Shown: piece after piece, positions 24,801 through 29,587 of the stretch
Numbering within the stretch: position 1 is the stretch's first letter
How the letters are laid out: the number at the start of each line of letters is the position of its first letter
Program-made: the position numbers and the translations under genes
Origin: a virus
IMG/VR virus record: IMGVR_UViG_3300026292_000006
Span: 15,968 to 79,967 of that record
Reading direction: 5' to 3' (one strand)
DNA length: 64,000 nucleotides
Notes under the pieces: model-generated
Database searches by the model: none
What the model was told of the DNA's origin: nothing
The model's input: the letters and a program-made list of their open reading frames with translations, nothing else

Positions 24801-27800
24801 ACGGTCAACATCAATGTCAACTTCAGCAAATGGGTCTCTATAACGGACAACACCTGATGGGATATTCTCCTGAGTTGCAACTTGAGAGAAGTTCCAATCA
24901 TCTGGTAGTGAGTTAAACTGAGGACCCATAATATATGGGAATTGTGCTATACCTGCGTCACTACTGTCGATAGTGATAAAGTAGGCATATGTGCCCTCTG
25001 GATACTCAGGTGTTTTACAGAATCTACCGTTGTAATTGTCAAGGTCACCAGACTGGAAATCGTAATAATAGTCAGCAACAAACTGACCAGCAGGATAGGT
25101 ACTAAGTGATGGACCATCTATACGAGCAGGGTTAGGATTAGTTGTTTCATCATATACAACATTAGTCTTTAACTTATATGAGGTACGCATCCTTCTGATA
25201 CCACTATTCTGGTCAGTAGGATCGATATATCCATAAGGACCATAAATTGGGTTACCATCATAAGCCCAACCTATAATAGGAGAGTGCTTATAGTTGGATG
25301 CTAATTCTTGGAATTGTTGTGTAACAGGATTGAGGAATACGTTATCTCCAACAACATATCTCAATTCTTTAGGATCTGATAAGTGAGCATACTCACCACC
25401 AAACTGGTTGTTATATCCAGTGAATACATAACCACTTGCTATGTCATAATTGTCAGCAAGGTCAAATTCTAGGTTTCTATTCCACTGATATACAGTAGGT
25501 GTAAATGACGCTAATTGACCCACTGCTTCGAGTCTAACGGTGGTCATTCCTTGTGTATACCCAATACCCTTGTTGGTAATAGTTACACCTAATACACGAC
25601 CTTTATCTTCTCCGATTGTGCCGATAGTTGCTCTAGCAATAGCACCAAATCCATCACCATTAATAATGACATTAGGAGCAGTTGTATAAGAATTACCAGA
25701 GTTAATAATAGCGATAGATACGATTCTACCGTTAATAACGATTGGTTGTGCTAAAGCATTCTCACCAGAGTTAACTCTAACAGAAGGTAGAGAAGTATAT
25801 CCTGTACCTGGATTAATAATACTGATGCTAGAAATAGCACCTCTAACGTTTGCAGTTGCTTCTGCTCCAGTACCTCCACCACCTGTGATAGAAACACTAG
25901 GTTGTGATGTATAACCAGATCCTGGTTGCTCAACTAGAATTCTTGTTACTCTACCACCAGTAATAACTGCTTGAGCAGTAGCACCGATACCACCACCTCC
26001 AACAATGGATACTAGAGGTGATTCTGTGTAACCAGTACCTTCAGCAGTTACATCGAAACTTTGAAGACTACCATTAACTATAACTTCAGCAACAGCACCA
26101 GATCCACCACCACCTGTAATTTCAAGGTTTGGTTTAGCACCAGCGTCATATCCTTCACCTACTTCATCTACACTGATATTAGTGATAGGTCCAAACTGGA
26201 CATACTCTTTAGACTTGTAAGACCAGATAGAAACACCATTAACCCAAGCACCAATTGAGGTACCTGCTGCAACGTCTTTACGTTCGGAAATAGTCTGTAC
26301 AAGTCGTGGGAAACGAAGAAGTTTCCTTTGGTTACCAGGAATAAGTGCAGATCCTGTAAAAGGTCCTATTTTGTAGTTTGGAAGACCAGATGCTGCAACA
26401 TAAACGTATTCATCGTTAAAGAAGGAATTTTGGATGTTAGTAGTGAATTCACTAACAACTTTGTTGATTGAAGTAACAGTTGACTTACCTCTATTCAAAT
26501 CAACGGAAAGTAGGATATTTCCTTGAGGAATAATCTCTGTAGGAGTTGCAATCTCATATGAGAAGGAATATGCGTCCAAACGAGATGTAACGACAAATGT
26601 GCCATTATAAACAACTGGGTTTGCACCATAGATGGTTACAGTGTCTTCAACGAGTAATCCATGTGGATTATCGCAAACAATAGTCGCAGTTTGGTTATTA
26701 ACTCCTCCTGGGGTTACAGATGCAACTTGGATGAGTTTTTTAACGTTATATAACCAAGAACTCAATCTTTGGTCTTCTGCGGTCGATCCAAGGTTTGCAA
26801 CCTTCAATTTATCGCCTTTTAGGTAATAACTACCCGTATTATCCAATACAGTCGTTCCAGCTTCGGCAATACCCAAAATACGCAATTTACACTCTTGTGC
26901 AGTGCCTCTATTGGTATAAACGAAAATATCCGAGTAAATAATCGTACCAGGATCCCAATCTTCGACAAGTCCGTTTTTAGAGCGAGTACACTCGATAAAT
27001 TGGTTTAAAGACTTCTCTTTATACTGAACTTGCTCATCATCGTTAAGAATGATGGTACCATTCCTCTCAGGCCATCCAATAGTCGAGTCAACGGTAATAA
27101 TCTGCCCTGTAGTCGTTAATGGCTCTACAAGTTTGGTTTTGTAAGGAATTACGAAGGATCCTTCCAAAGTTTCTTCGGAAATCGCTAATTCGTAGATAAC
27201 ATCAGTACCTTCGATGATTGTGATGACATTTTCAATCAGAGCACTTGCATCTTTGACATTATTGTCTACTGGGTCGGTATATTGATTAACTTCAGAGTCA
27301 ATTAGGTTTGAAGGGTCTCCAGAAATCAATTCTGCCCTTAAAACGGTATCTACAACCCAAGTAGCGTGAGATGGACTAATAATCTCATCTTTTGGATAGT
27401 AAATATCGACTTCTTCACCAAATAGGATTTTAAAGAGGTATTGAGTCGCTAATTTAGTACCTTTTGAGATATAGAAGTCAGTAATATTCTTAATTACCTG
27501 AACTGGGTCAATTGACGTAAAATCAATGTCAATAGTCGGTAAATACTGTCTCCTAAACTTATCGAAGACTTCTTTGATGAATAAAGAGTCTAAATTGACA
27601 ACTGTCTGTCCACTATTATGATTTGACTGCCTTAGAGCAGCTTCACCAGCATAAATCTCGTTATGGAGGTTATCATAAGCAACAGGACCTGAAACTCCTC
27701 TAGAACACTCCAAGAAAGCACTAGGAGCATATCCTATACCCTCTTCTAGGATATCAAAACCAGTAACTTGGTCAAATCCTACATCTACCGATGCTCTTGC

Positions 27801-29582
27801 CTTCTGAGGTTCAGCAATGTAGATTTTAGGTGGGAATTCAGTCGAATATCCAGTACCAAAGTTGGTAATGTTGATATCAGTGATTTCACCGTTAAAAATG
27901 GTGGCAGCAGCAGTAGCACCAGTACCGCCTACAGGTACACCGTAAGCATCCTTGCGATCATCAACAATATAGACAGATGGAGCATCAGTATAACCCTGAC
28001 CACCTGTTAACATCTCAATATTAGTAACAGAACCAGATGCAACAGTCACATCAAGGACTTGAGCACCAATTGGGTCGATTATCTGGACTCTAGGGACGGA
28101 AGTATAACCTTTACCACGATTAACTACGTTAATCTCATATAGTTGACCATCTTGGTTAATTTTTGCTATTGCTTGAGCATTGATACCGTCACCAGGTGCT
28201 GGATCAATGTAAACAGTTGGTGGATTACTATATCCGAGACCCATCTCGGTAACACCGATGCTACCGATGTTAACTCTACCCTCACTATCGATAGTAGGTG
28301 CTGAAATCTTCGCTCCACCTGGATTCTGGAAAGAAATCGCAGGAATAAAGTCATAACCACTACCACTATTAGTAATAGTGATAGAATCAATCATACCAGT
28401 GGTGTCGTCAACGGTAAGCGACAGCTTCGCAGGTGTCCCGTTGGAGTTTGTAGGGGGAGCACACACTGGAACGGGTGGATTATATGAGGTATAACCTTGA
28501 CCACCGTCAATAAGGGTTATATCCTTAATTCCACCAATCAAAGACCTTGCTGTAGCACCACCACCGCTAGTTGATAGGATAGTTACCTTAGGGTTGAAGT
28601 CAATACGATATTTGCTACCACCTTCCTTGGGAATTAGTGCTGTAATCTGCCCTGAGTCGTCCACAGAAGCGATTGCAGAGGCACCTGACCCATATTGGGG
28701 TGCGATATACTCTACAGAGCGAATATGGATAGAATCAGCAGCACCAATAGGATTATTGAAGACAACTCTGTCTTGGAAAACAGTATAATCAGTATATGGC
28801 TCCTGAAGACGATTATTCTTCTTAATAATCAATCCAATTTCAGAAGTTGGAGTATATGGTTGTGTATTTACTCGTAATGGATAATTTTTAGTATTCTGCC
28901 ACTCTTCATAAGGAATAGCATCTGTAGTTTGGACTACTTGATCAGAATAACCAATCAAATAGGTAAGTTGAGTAAATTGACTATCGTCTGCACCTGTCCT
29001 CATTCTAGGAGGCTCAGTAAAACGAATATTTGACCCTTCTATGAAATAATCAACATTAGGCACCTTCATGTCATTGTAAGTAATGACAATTAAGTGTTCA
29101 GCAGAAGGTGGAGCAACAGGAGTACCTAAGAATGATAATGGGAAGATGGTTTCAGTGCCATCAAACAAATCAAAGGGGTTTTCTAGTTGTTGCTTCTTCT
29201 TATTAAACTGACTAAACGAAATACCTGGAGTAATAATGACATCAGGACCACGAGTCACGTCTTCGTAGTAAATGACCTCATTATCAATCATTATTGACCC
29301 ATTTCTGGGTTGGAATCCATCAATTCCCTCTACTTCAATCTTTTTATCATAGACACCAATATCCTTCAGCAGTTTAGTACTACTAGACAACTCCGTTGAG
29401 CTATACTGGTCAAGATCTAGGTATCCTAAAAGGTTGTTTAGGATATCATACGGTCTACCCGTTTTTTCTTGAGACTTGTAATACTCAAACAAGAAATTGA
29501 CAAGTTGTCTGTCTTCCTGCCGAATGAAATCGGGTAGTTGGTATTCTACCCTATCCGATACGTTAATATTCTTCGTAGGCAT
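840..29582 (-). CDS. gp7: Giant (9580 aa) baseplate wedge initiator / structural protein, cyanophage gp7-like, with many appended adhesion modules
   Basis: Directly follows gp25-gp6. N-terminus QLPDFIRQED..FLFEYYKSQE, internal IKNITDFYISKGT..YLFKILFGEEV.IYYPKD and IQDSFFYQNFSYVVKS...HPAGF are T4-like wedge motifs. Also many GxGYxxxP repeats, a split YHYH domain, a beta-propeller, LamG, CBM-like, helical and His/Cys repeats, and a C-terminal Ig-like domain. Confidence 0.8.
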   Translation of the reverse strand: MPTKNINVSDRVEYQLPDFIRQEDRQLVNFLFEYYKSQEKTGRPYDILNNLLGYLDLDQYSSTELSSSTKLLKDIGVYDKKIEVEGIDGFQPRNGSIMIDNEVIYYEDVTRGPDVIITPGISFSQFNKKKQQLENPFDLFDGTETIFPLSFLGTPVAPPSAEHLIVITYNDMKVPNVDYFIEGSNIRFTEPPRMRTGADDSQFTQLTYLIGYSDQVVQTTDAIPYEEWQNTKNYPLRVNTQPYTPTSEIGLIIKKNNRLQEPYTDYTVFQDRVVFNNPIGAADSIHIRSVEYIAPQYGSGASAIASVDDSGQITALIPKEGGSKYRIDFNPKVTILSTSGGGATARSLIGGIKDITLIDGGQGYTSYNPPVPVCAPPTNSNGTPAKLSLTVDDTTGMIDSITITNSGSGYDFIPAISFQNPGGAKISAPTIDSEGRVNIGSIGVTEMGLGYSNPPTVYIDPAPGDGINAQAIAKINQDGQLYEINVVNRGKGYTSVPRVQIIDPIGAQVLDVTVASGSVTNIEMLTGGQGYTDAPSVYIVDDRKDAYGVPVGGTGATAAATIFNGEITDINITNFGTGYSTEFPPKIYIAEPQKARASVDVGFDQVTGFDILEEGIGYAPSAFLECSRGVSGPVAYDNLHNEIYAGEAALRQSNHNSGQTVVNLDSLFIKEVFDKFRRQYLPTIDIDFTSIDPVQVIKNITDFYISKGTKLATQYLFKILFGEEVDIYYPKDEIISPSHATWVVDTVLRAELISGDPSNLIDSEVNQYTDPVDNNVKDASALIENVITIIEGTDVIYELAISEETLEGSFVIPYKTKLVEPLTTTGQIITVDSTIGWPERNGTIILNDDEQVQYKEKSLNQFIECTRSKNGLVEDWDPGTIIYSDIFVYTNRGTAQECKLRILGIAEAGTTVLDNTGSYYLKGDKLKVANLGSTAEDQRLSSWLYNVKKLIQVASVTPGGVNNQTATIVCDNPHGLLVEDTVTIYGANPVVYNGTFVVTSRLDAYSFSYEIATPTEIIPQGNILLSVDLNRGKSTVTSINKVVSEFTTNIQNSFFNDEYVYVAASGLPNYKIGPFTGSALIPGNQRKLLRFPRLVQTISERKDVAAGTSIGAWVNGVSIWSYKSKEYVQFGPITNISVDEVGEGYDAGAKPNLEITGGGGSGAVAEVIVNGSLQSFDVTAEGTGYTESPLVSIVGGGGIGATAQAVITGGRVTRILVEQPGSGYTSQPSVSITGGGGTGAEATANVRGAISSISIINPGTGYTSLPSVRVNSGENALAQPIVINGRIVSIAIINSGNSYTTAPNVIINGDGFGAIARATIGTIGEDKGRVLGVTITNKGIGYTQGMTTVRLEAVGQLASFTPTVYQWNRNLEFDLADNYDIASGYVFTGYNNQFGGEYAHLSDPKELRYVVGDNVFLNPVTQQFQELASNYKHSPIIGWAYDGNPIYGPYGYIDPTDQNSGIRRMRTSYKLKTNVVYDETTNPNPARIDGPSLSTYPAGQFVADYYYDFQSGDLDNYNGRFCKTPEYPEGTYAYFITIDSSDAGIAQFPYIMGPQFNSLPDDWNFSQVATQENIPSGVVRYRDPFAEVDIDVDRQPNQEADVLTTEIEGYPLIFEIQDSNNDGIIDADEQQEILEMSEEATLQIYDYFPSVSTESRVDIEVETTTQFENAQIDGFVVENPGESYQVNDTVFFDNEGTGGFGASALIESVKGQQIVSYNKEMIGDRPYGHITTSEGHELRQQDEVIVNSRPVIDNTNKVYRVKVVAGVERINVLQEGSGYVEDIPPTFEVITPQGQDAQLEIRREMTGQVETVNIINSGNGYDEDNPPQIRVSHPQQFKKTRYWLSEYHEATGTINVHHTIQSPDRYTYICGSITETDGDMAAFLAKFDDLGQLIWERTLIPQNVGQKKLEFARMHLDSSLENDMIYVTGHYYDPNNATFNPDVWMGLYESGFNNANAPDGILKWQKAIAGISGSTRRDWVTSICLDQDKNIYLAGYTDSNSPDPNDMWVIQCDLDGDLVEKRKIASEDGDEELHQIQWISDDNFMFVGVNKENNDVLFGVFYYDGANIEISWIRQVPVTGGYVRNPRFVIDEYQDVVLIWDIYDNGAAKFDSIQINKFPLATANTQWEWTKTVTVSGSIDSINHAGISVDVFGNYTLISDVVESQNQRYSIIHYMKYDGSIISETKVDDTVNIGWQAKDHVVDNSGDCIVTLNRKQSDQLASYRFDTAGDIDFDNTKQNTATFNIYSVPDASLDTSFYRFGTSALKLSAVCPIKLSGYNLQNPEWSFQGWFSLATAQQSAQNTKPIFFDLTPIAGDSIQVELDGDSNSANFEKWVLYVNSVEVAVSTSATNWTAFAGAAWCHVTFQKREESLGLYRYEVFINGNQQVSYQSTSDISLQDMTIAGKYSGPVAGNSFIGWIDDLVVDDKAPYATAAYTMPSDQLPVTTSDSDIALVKFDRLHSRRGSYTATGIDKYTNFALTDISTQTTWVALSAGAITLWEAGPGGLQILDMSQAPSTYIPGTYTLTQKQYQYASKTSTIPSPQGKKLLITADVISKFYMRDALYQKIDNVMEFTFSQDIKLTKGSIIQQFNTAGVTQAYGTIVEVPTGTLLNPGVGTKYKVGKIYGTFNNTDRYRTDVGDVNQIAGTYFNTEEPESPWAAGTAYAQGDRVYSDKKIYEAQGAGTSGTITPEHTAGVQSDGVINWAFIDDAGKFTIDLTQHPYPRPQYLGMDMPEWDSGLLYVEGQKVWHKLNVYTVASGGAGVAGTTPPVHDTGDASDGGVTWSHVSTSESIATYTRHLPYDQGNNYSVQIQEIHPGSTYIPEDVVSLNSGNVTVAEDEKSVVISGFASVKKITVTARLEKDLIRTATARTNQIYCTSNSAHGFKVGDILFTEGFQGLQFNGSFFVDQVIGTREFTFGIREVALDDPAFNANAISNINIYAKHPTLEFTRSHQYVFDISDTTNFGYYLSFSQDNQYKLEYSFNNIERSGTPGVPSGGGSYPFVKFSVLGDVTNISYYFDPSRVGANSPVGENSFIDVITTPFDGTFAISEIVSDTEFKFPLLKEPERQSAEIINDEFDNPYSYYSTTSLRAVGPINSIKLVSAGGFYQKLPIISDIASFRQIEKVVITSGGTEYAPGVYYDVPIAGDGEGAKCTVTVEVDDTVGSGTLTNVAVTDPGKGYTTASIDIDAIPGILGSQLAGSGGAVNVVIPEEGTGASVFLTGTNIGKIKRLKNNEFGFGYSHDYTLKPEITFPVNLQLFNTSILSQITITNPGSGYTSTPAVVITGGGGSGASAEAVVKNNRLNEIIIKNPGSGYSSEPTVTLKSEFNYVVNLDLNYLQFNFPHGITTGAEVQFRADTIGTTVGELPKPSTAGLTSLVEGQVYYAIAGEAAGLESDQIRFGLTLQSAQAGDYITFLTQGEGRQTLLTEVFGGKATAVVETSRFLEGEEVFQGSTVETSTATGIVSTNTGWQIGPKILKIVDYTGDWKAGEKVTGIISKASGIIDNLSIARGVLNIGSLTETPGRFIDDIGKPSEIVQKIQDSFFYQNFSYVVKSETPITEWKTQVLENNHPAGFNMFGQLQLTGGKDVSGRKIGTEFTKQVNINNYSNVNQITSFGAAQPIYTDYNNTEVLFRKKRLTSSEEILTSIVKKLDDISPQFNGIDKQFPITVEGEQVIVQQNQLMITLNGVIQAPGESYQVVGPNLVFSEPPKPASKVNYRILGVTPTPIYRIALYTSGGGSNYGIFPTLGQTVQGVFSDAFGTVIDSGLNHIDVINVGPGTFQLNEEIVRGEIFSALVESVTLVNTETIFRFGESVTNLEGDTAIIEETNVVDGVVNDRLVVSKTSGTAKFETGIFDLKLNEYIYSASSKIAGQITFISPYVDPITSEVVDELIINRGSTFFGLLFERLVSLENPNVILDDISQSSITPTELYNDEERINADFLDFEEVRTTEITYTNLANGNIEVGDRIVSKDVDYGNPVSTFHGIAGNRFLDAKRNVANNKQEIIDFAEASIAIDYPDYYFPSDVITNNWSRFKDAYRLIQKNKAMIAGMAFDDMKTQYPSSSIPSDAKCKRDIEYFVDALAIDMYAGGNRYTRKFCQQYFDVNGTFTYINGQSAETKFAYEKATDRMNAALANQYSGTISAVNSGDSWTAYQDTTITADPSPGDDYGTNGSNASNTDANNCSDVQAAVTTLWNIVETTLTNGNLGELPDETEGTYSPHQEKCRRDLGYMIDALANDLGSGGNFNIVEFTKKFFDDAGVPLTNGIVGEEAEAVHAFTQAAELAKRAINNLMYWKDLSGIGYNLNDPTTYSGGTAPAHRYDANYGTGNNQDIANCANVKTYIDTLAGIATTAMTAGNLTNVNALASITDGTFQDGETVRTTKLAYKDKSTGLFATGDVIKGVTSGASATSIGANSGLKWIFTSGITGNFQLNEIITNSTLTVQGAVTQSVIVKKPELTGTKSIYIPTSGYIAAADSYDYNFGTGDFTISGWFRPGVNVGTQYLFDLRRLDVNSGLNVRFDGQQLKVYNGTTLGISSTNVFTTTGTWYHIEIVRSSNVTQAYVNGAQVGANWTDNNDYQYAPFWLGMSFQTLSGWTGHIDNFYVKKGVADHSSGFTPSNQFDPNELNIVLGLDGEAPFIVSTTSVYATYTGQNTSSATAKKVDYDERDIIIEDVDLGRQEYRNCADILDLNGPWIAEEAVGMMKATFSDFTIRGDDPASNFYGGTNTCIRDTKDYILGAIIKDLHEGGNYHTLYTARTYLTASGKLDHIQEEVLQALYTWDKVVDLCITVLTTTSSDLAGTYTSKLRVPNNFSTPASTAVQDYIKALGRDLLEVVAPNDVRFRDSGVLIWKNRDYIAEETAEYIQNKYQQTINSTNYDFLEMPGYGQPYCERDIKDHILPAVINDLCTGGTYQTQHVIDNYLDSNQNILHVEHEINPMLDAIEFAKMLCMKALNNLLLSPGEVAAEFGVPAQVQEDYYSPLYTTNTAYRDDTIVIEDEGFPYATRSQNDRFLDAVEMIQRNKHVIAKEVVGVMNDLSKFEGLNIPGGAVNCEDDVLDMIDSISHDIQYDCNEKTYDAAALYIETEDNSLKHIEGEWEASITVVKLLRDMCALVMRNALGRDYHDEGNPEFKPVETYEQNPREEVYKLCGDAIDGNIRYIAEQAVAEGTKQFPSLNIPGGPINCVHDVTDILRAMVFNLKYGGNNYLQYGTEFYVNSGGNLLHVTSQATESVWIVNKAKEYAIRAMKDQIITNNAGHSVNQRFYDATPKPTNRLFISNPAGTGQGAGGGGGGITTTMNNSLTRDFSFGESNISTSDSSIGITPDEDAVFRLVTTLPSSSPVDCTLFEAGSATSGVWLGIRDSGTYLRLRAGTATNSYSGGASYTSDTGLAMLDLQISNLTSYFDGGDHEISFEIRVGGDIGTGPGRVKMWIDGTPVGEATTPGQTNTGLTGGSGIFADADYAGFGVTTSSRPNGEPVQTNTFVVNVGPTPKIAYDVSHADYDASTGDLVLNVGSHDFTNNTKIQLKTNSLIFSCTQDGNATNHSYPRSGDPVGNTAVDIIDVGVLPFTPTDAAYNPHSGVMTVTVPSHNFADSTTHTATDADYDPDSGILEVTIPGHGFSTGDQVKIHTGSLVFTCSQDNHGSNHGYPREKDPAGDQWLAIEEVTLNTFKVQVGQTAKREYDVSNATYDQATGELMLDVGDHNFVEATNHVATDAEFTAKTGMLKIHASKHGFGNGDQILIQDNSMTFTCDMDNHYTNHVYPRSTDPASGKWLAVENATEDSFEVNIGESPIKHFTPSGASYNSATGELTLTIGAHQLSTGTHVKITPYSLNFTCAMDNYKSIHPYPRITDPVHNEPIAITGTTSNSITLNVGTTPQVNFTPTDADYDPLSGDLVLHIGNHDLRGRSRYPVSNAQYNPLTGIMTITSNGHNIGNGDMVKIKPNSLTFTCDMDGNATEHSYPRLTDPVAGQWLPVTGSTTNTFNVNVGMSTSVNLTPSAVDFTPTTGLMKMTLGNNWLKGPETHHNTSAAYNPTTGIMTLTIVDHGFSNGDRVMIAKNSINFNCTLDGGFSEHRYPRVGDPAATQWLDVTNVTKDTFDVQVLNSVPSTNQSAHTFIPETGITPTGATFDTATGVMTITSGTHYLSDGDYIKISDNAVVFRCDQDGQASDHAYPRSTDPVSGKWIQVFNCTNTNFSIQVLENVPCTNTTTHVFQSAVANSIHRGNIIKGGDAVKVQTNSLTFTCAQDDHATNHTYPRASGSNYTLNSGADPVYNKPTPVHSVGTSLHTVTTAAYNPQLGIMTLTVPNHGFTAPSTMTATDGSYDVTTSVMTLFVQGHGLHDGDKIMLTDGAVTWRCEKDDNSTTHTYPRSTDPISGKWVTVHNVTGDYFDITTGRFFGHNAITNDTVHTFSSGSQGGIWKANDKIKMDPESITFTCAKDGNATNHAYPRMSDPSHHEWLPISNVNQNTFDVHVGKSQDTSTHTFVSAKSSGVERPDGTVTLMVGISSNTTEHTFVSAASGCVQTGGNHVHSFVAENALTPTNAGYNPTTGIMTLTINGHGLLEGDRVKLDDNAVTFRCDQDGQSSDHPYPRNTDPVSGQWIPIENVTTNTFDVKVLFDVPSTNVTTHVFQSAAASSVHTYAVWRDGDSIRIDDDSLIFTCAQDGHGSNHTYPRASGSNYSGDLAITAGADPYYQNSIKVEDVTRERKTATNVNYIPTTGVMTITLGASHGVSNGDRIKIAPHSITLKCDKDNNATNHTYPRVTDPTFDQWLTVSNAQATTIDVNVGISGVNDVYNHTFVSADANGIHHQTGKIRVNVGKSSNQTQHIFVGTAGLTPVIAGGNYAHAFVSANSGAIHTGGDYNHKFVSATHLTPTDAAYNPSTGVMTITSADHGIHIGNYVKLHEGAVTFTCQQDSGASYHSYPRKTDPANDRWLKVLARTNDTFDVKVLNNTPSTNTTAHTFKSAATNSVLLATFMKANDTVSLATDGLTFTCSMDGNATEHTYPRVTDPAYKESLKIISNGVTHHTPTGASYTPSNGNLDLTITGHSFSAGDKIMIEDDSILFTCTMDGNSSAKAYPRGSDPVSRQWRELSVVDANTIRINVGTTANTTKNVNDADYDPNTGKLKLNIGAHNLKSGQNIKLADGSLTFTCAQDSFGSNHTYPRTTIDTHTATNASYNGDTGYLTLTVAGHGLDDGSLIKIDDNGLTFRCDFDGNTSDHTYPRSSDPVSGKWLKLKNVTTDTFDVNVGKTPFIGYDPQDVDYNPSTGVMKVITGPHNVEVGEKIWIAKEGFVFTCAQDNHQTLHAYPRTSDPAYNTPVTVTAVEQGSISFNILSSAPSTNTTAHTFIKHAGVTPTAISYNGTTGFMTVTVENHGMANGEAIKFEDYSLVFTCNKDSHATEHVYPRPTDYSSGTWLTIDNVTTDTFRVKVLDKTPSTNTSAHTFIRAHKGAIKRAAFKSGGAYTHAFQSAVGSSIKQKRDRAYDHSIVIENTGDAKYTATAASFVATTGVLTLTVANNPFSNGDMIKLADNSIIFTCDMDGHATQHSYPRSTDPASNKYLEISNVSGNNFDVNVGATPLAPYNVSDATYEPTTGLMTLDIGPHPFRSASAHTITGATYDAVTGMMTVTVPDHGFVIGDRVHFTPDSISFNCGMDGNISNKTYPRPSDPLADLWVDVENITTNTFDVYVGNTPQETFSVTNATYSPTSGDLVLTIGDHHLQVNESVKLVADSLVFTCDYNGDGNTTQKTYPRAAGSAATGTGGSDYVYDTAITITAVTGTTITLNVNGGQGAITDTTAHNFVLTASAQNCVISGGQHTHVFSSAVANGLHRATSSVKLVDDGLSFKCAQDNFSTTHTYPRAAGVTQSTVTAADYNPNTGRLRLTVASHGYNENDWIKIADNSLTFRCMQDSNGSDHTYPRSSDPISGKWIQIRDVTTNTFDVVVLDTIPSTNVTAHTFQTASANGITHKKDPYYDTALPIHSVTGHTITINIGKSSNTSVHNWAGGTSVGAVSGGGQYTHTFVSAVTDGIHWKDSEITIDVGAATYLGEHRFVSATSGAVKVGGDFTHTFDSAVAGCVHRQNGWITLDVGVAAANNQYAHTFVSAIPGVLIGGGNYDHKFVSATSNGIEKANTYVWLEDGAIHMTCDRDDNESIHAYPRATDPGSDEWLAVSNCTATTFDLFMGKSPDKSDHTFVAAKTGGVKKQTGTITINVGIGGVGNRYAHTFVSAINGAVIKGGDYRHTWVSGASNAITVVDSGVQLTPTDGYYNPVTGDLTLTVVGHTLTQNDNITLAPRSIVFTCTSDQNATNHYYPRATDYADDRVLPITAVNSWAYPVSTKLEYWRGRLVDYNYTGTESSNVESEITSLIQFVTDGIQNPGIVNGRAYQMPICWPIKYTPDVVVRDLSVTWDANNGGSGQVGNWNQTCPESASALSTLTDIFINTIREAAENNVNYLTASVTKTFPYNGNTVYQAGTCYDCTSATETLFDIMTHTLGAGMVNQKRVANVLLFNTQSISQRAFTETQQQYPTTNLTIDFALDVLKAVRYDLVTGGNAGAFKLSQGWFDGEGTFIAFPTTTRSHILYCLTRIREYIKSVMYLHTSDAVWANYDVYIPTDRFEWNQEAVEFMVDSSLNPIEFALERSTFATEARIQFISSTDVVNLSNKYEVGKDWNTDPALVLLTPEVEVGFERAEYRVRINRANNFRRGDILSYIPASQTSLQGLATQPYFYCLTATAEWFEIGVSPIHDGRFRTFQLDTSNSGAQIFAVERRSGINRTAPTYPSDPSVTPIQGGFNPADVIFGGTSDASAEISAITMNAANIRQIFTHFVTSNQSQNNSVYQTFTNGEEVVVQGAVTNKGFVLQAGAVSETGTSFLKIHTISGAINQNDVLEGTTSGTTATVDSSSDRFFTNLKMGSFNQGDWFFDRDSSVEGYISEFANKSGSLTGNTGGRITIDVETIKDPWVPGDVIYGSVTSYILDVKGISGTQIQLNQFVHGRAVYELNLGTAIIDTGVNDTFNVGDEVILLQGTTEKNPGFHATVTKYTNDPDNGIHKLWIGNLVPVGIGAPISEITDPNNNIGKLVVGSNFPSIYAGVSSYTTTDFSSYAKVVAIEQQGITATIWVEDAVGEFVDNMSIISDDGWGGAVSSARTLEGRVNRYFRGFDGVQTTFDLTVANGEAYFPDPAGHLLAFVNGILQPPGATNAYVAFSDKIQFTEPPVIGSQYIGYYVGKLRQLDDISFEFDSLRSSFNLKRQGLFYSLTLTEGVSSNVIRPENNIIVSLNGIIQEPGIAYEIVGSRIIFAEVPRFGATFVGFSYIGSDADVIAATVVPPIEAGDNLDIEGEEFSREVALIESSNSLITFEYTGSVKGRNAAALANITSGQLTNAVLTNPGDGYTSRPNVDVISSSGFDARLKALMGVSRVDVKTAGTGYQSPVVAIDNEVPDDWTPPIGSPINGGFDVLAGEGPEGQEGGGVTPGTIAIATDPVNVTVNQGQTAGFTVVSTVTNDETMNYQWQKKEYGTQTWSNIIGANQATYNTGNTAQNDDGDEYRVAITASGATPVYSLSAVLTVQTGATVISNFSPTQIFDDI
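890..1180 (-). other. C-terminal Ig-like domain of the giant protein
   Basis: PVNVTVNQGQTAGFTV...YQWQKK...DDGDEYRVAI...SAVLTV is an I-set-like pattern. Confidence 0.7.
4615..13160 (-). repeat. About 27 copies of a ~100-aa His/Cys domain (AxYxPxTG..H / FTCxxD..HxYPRxxDP / FxVxVG / HxFxSA), nested inside one another
   Basis: Hand count in the translation gives 27 opening motifs, 27 YPR motifs and 27 closing HxF/HxW motifs. Confidence 0.85.
13850..17620 (-). repeat. Six helical repeats with motif CxRD..(hydrophobic)..D(L/M)xxGGN, with a LamG domain inserted at about 15760-16220
   Basis: KCKRDIEYFVDALAIDMYAGGN, KCRRDLGYMIDALANDLGSGGN, TCIRDTKDYILGAIIKDLHEGGN, YCERDIKDHILPAVINDLCTGGT, NCEDDVLDMIDSISHDIQYDCN, NCVHDVTDILRAMVFNLKYGGN. 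Confidence 0.8.
21230..24060 (-). other. Beta-propeller, LamG/concanavalin-like domain and two CBM-like modules within the giant protein
   Basis: Blades such as FLAKFDDLGQLIWER and DQDKNIYLAGYT; LamG-like WCHVTF..FING..FIGWIDDL; CBM-like WAAGTAYAQGDRV and WDSGLLYVEGQKVW. Confidence 0.6.
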
Positions 29583-29587
29583 CTATC

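Noticed and set aside
840-29582. Intein, intron or stop-codon recoding explaining the giant ORF
   Set aside because: No Hint or homing-endonuclease motifs were seen, the frame is open in the standard code, and TAA, TAG and TGA are all used as stops elsewhere.
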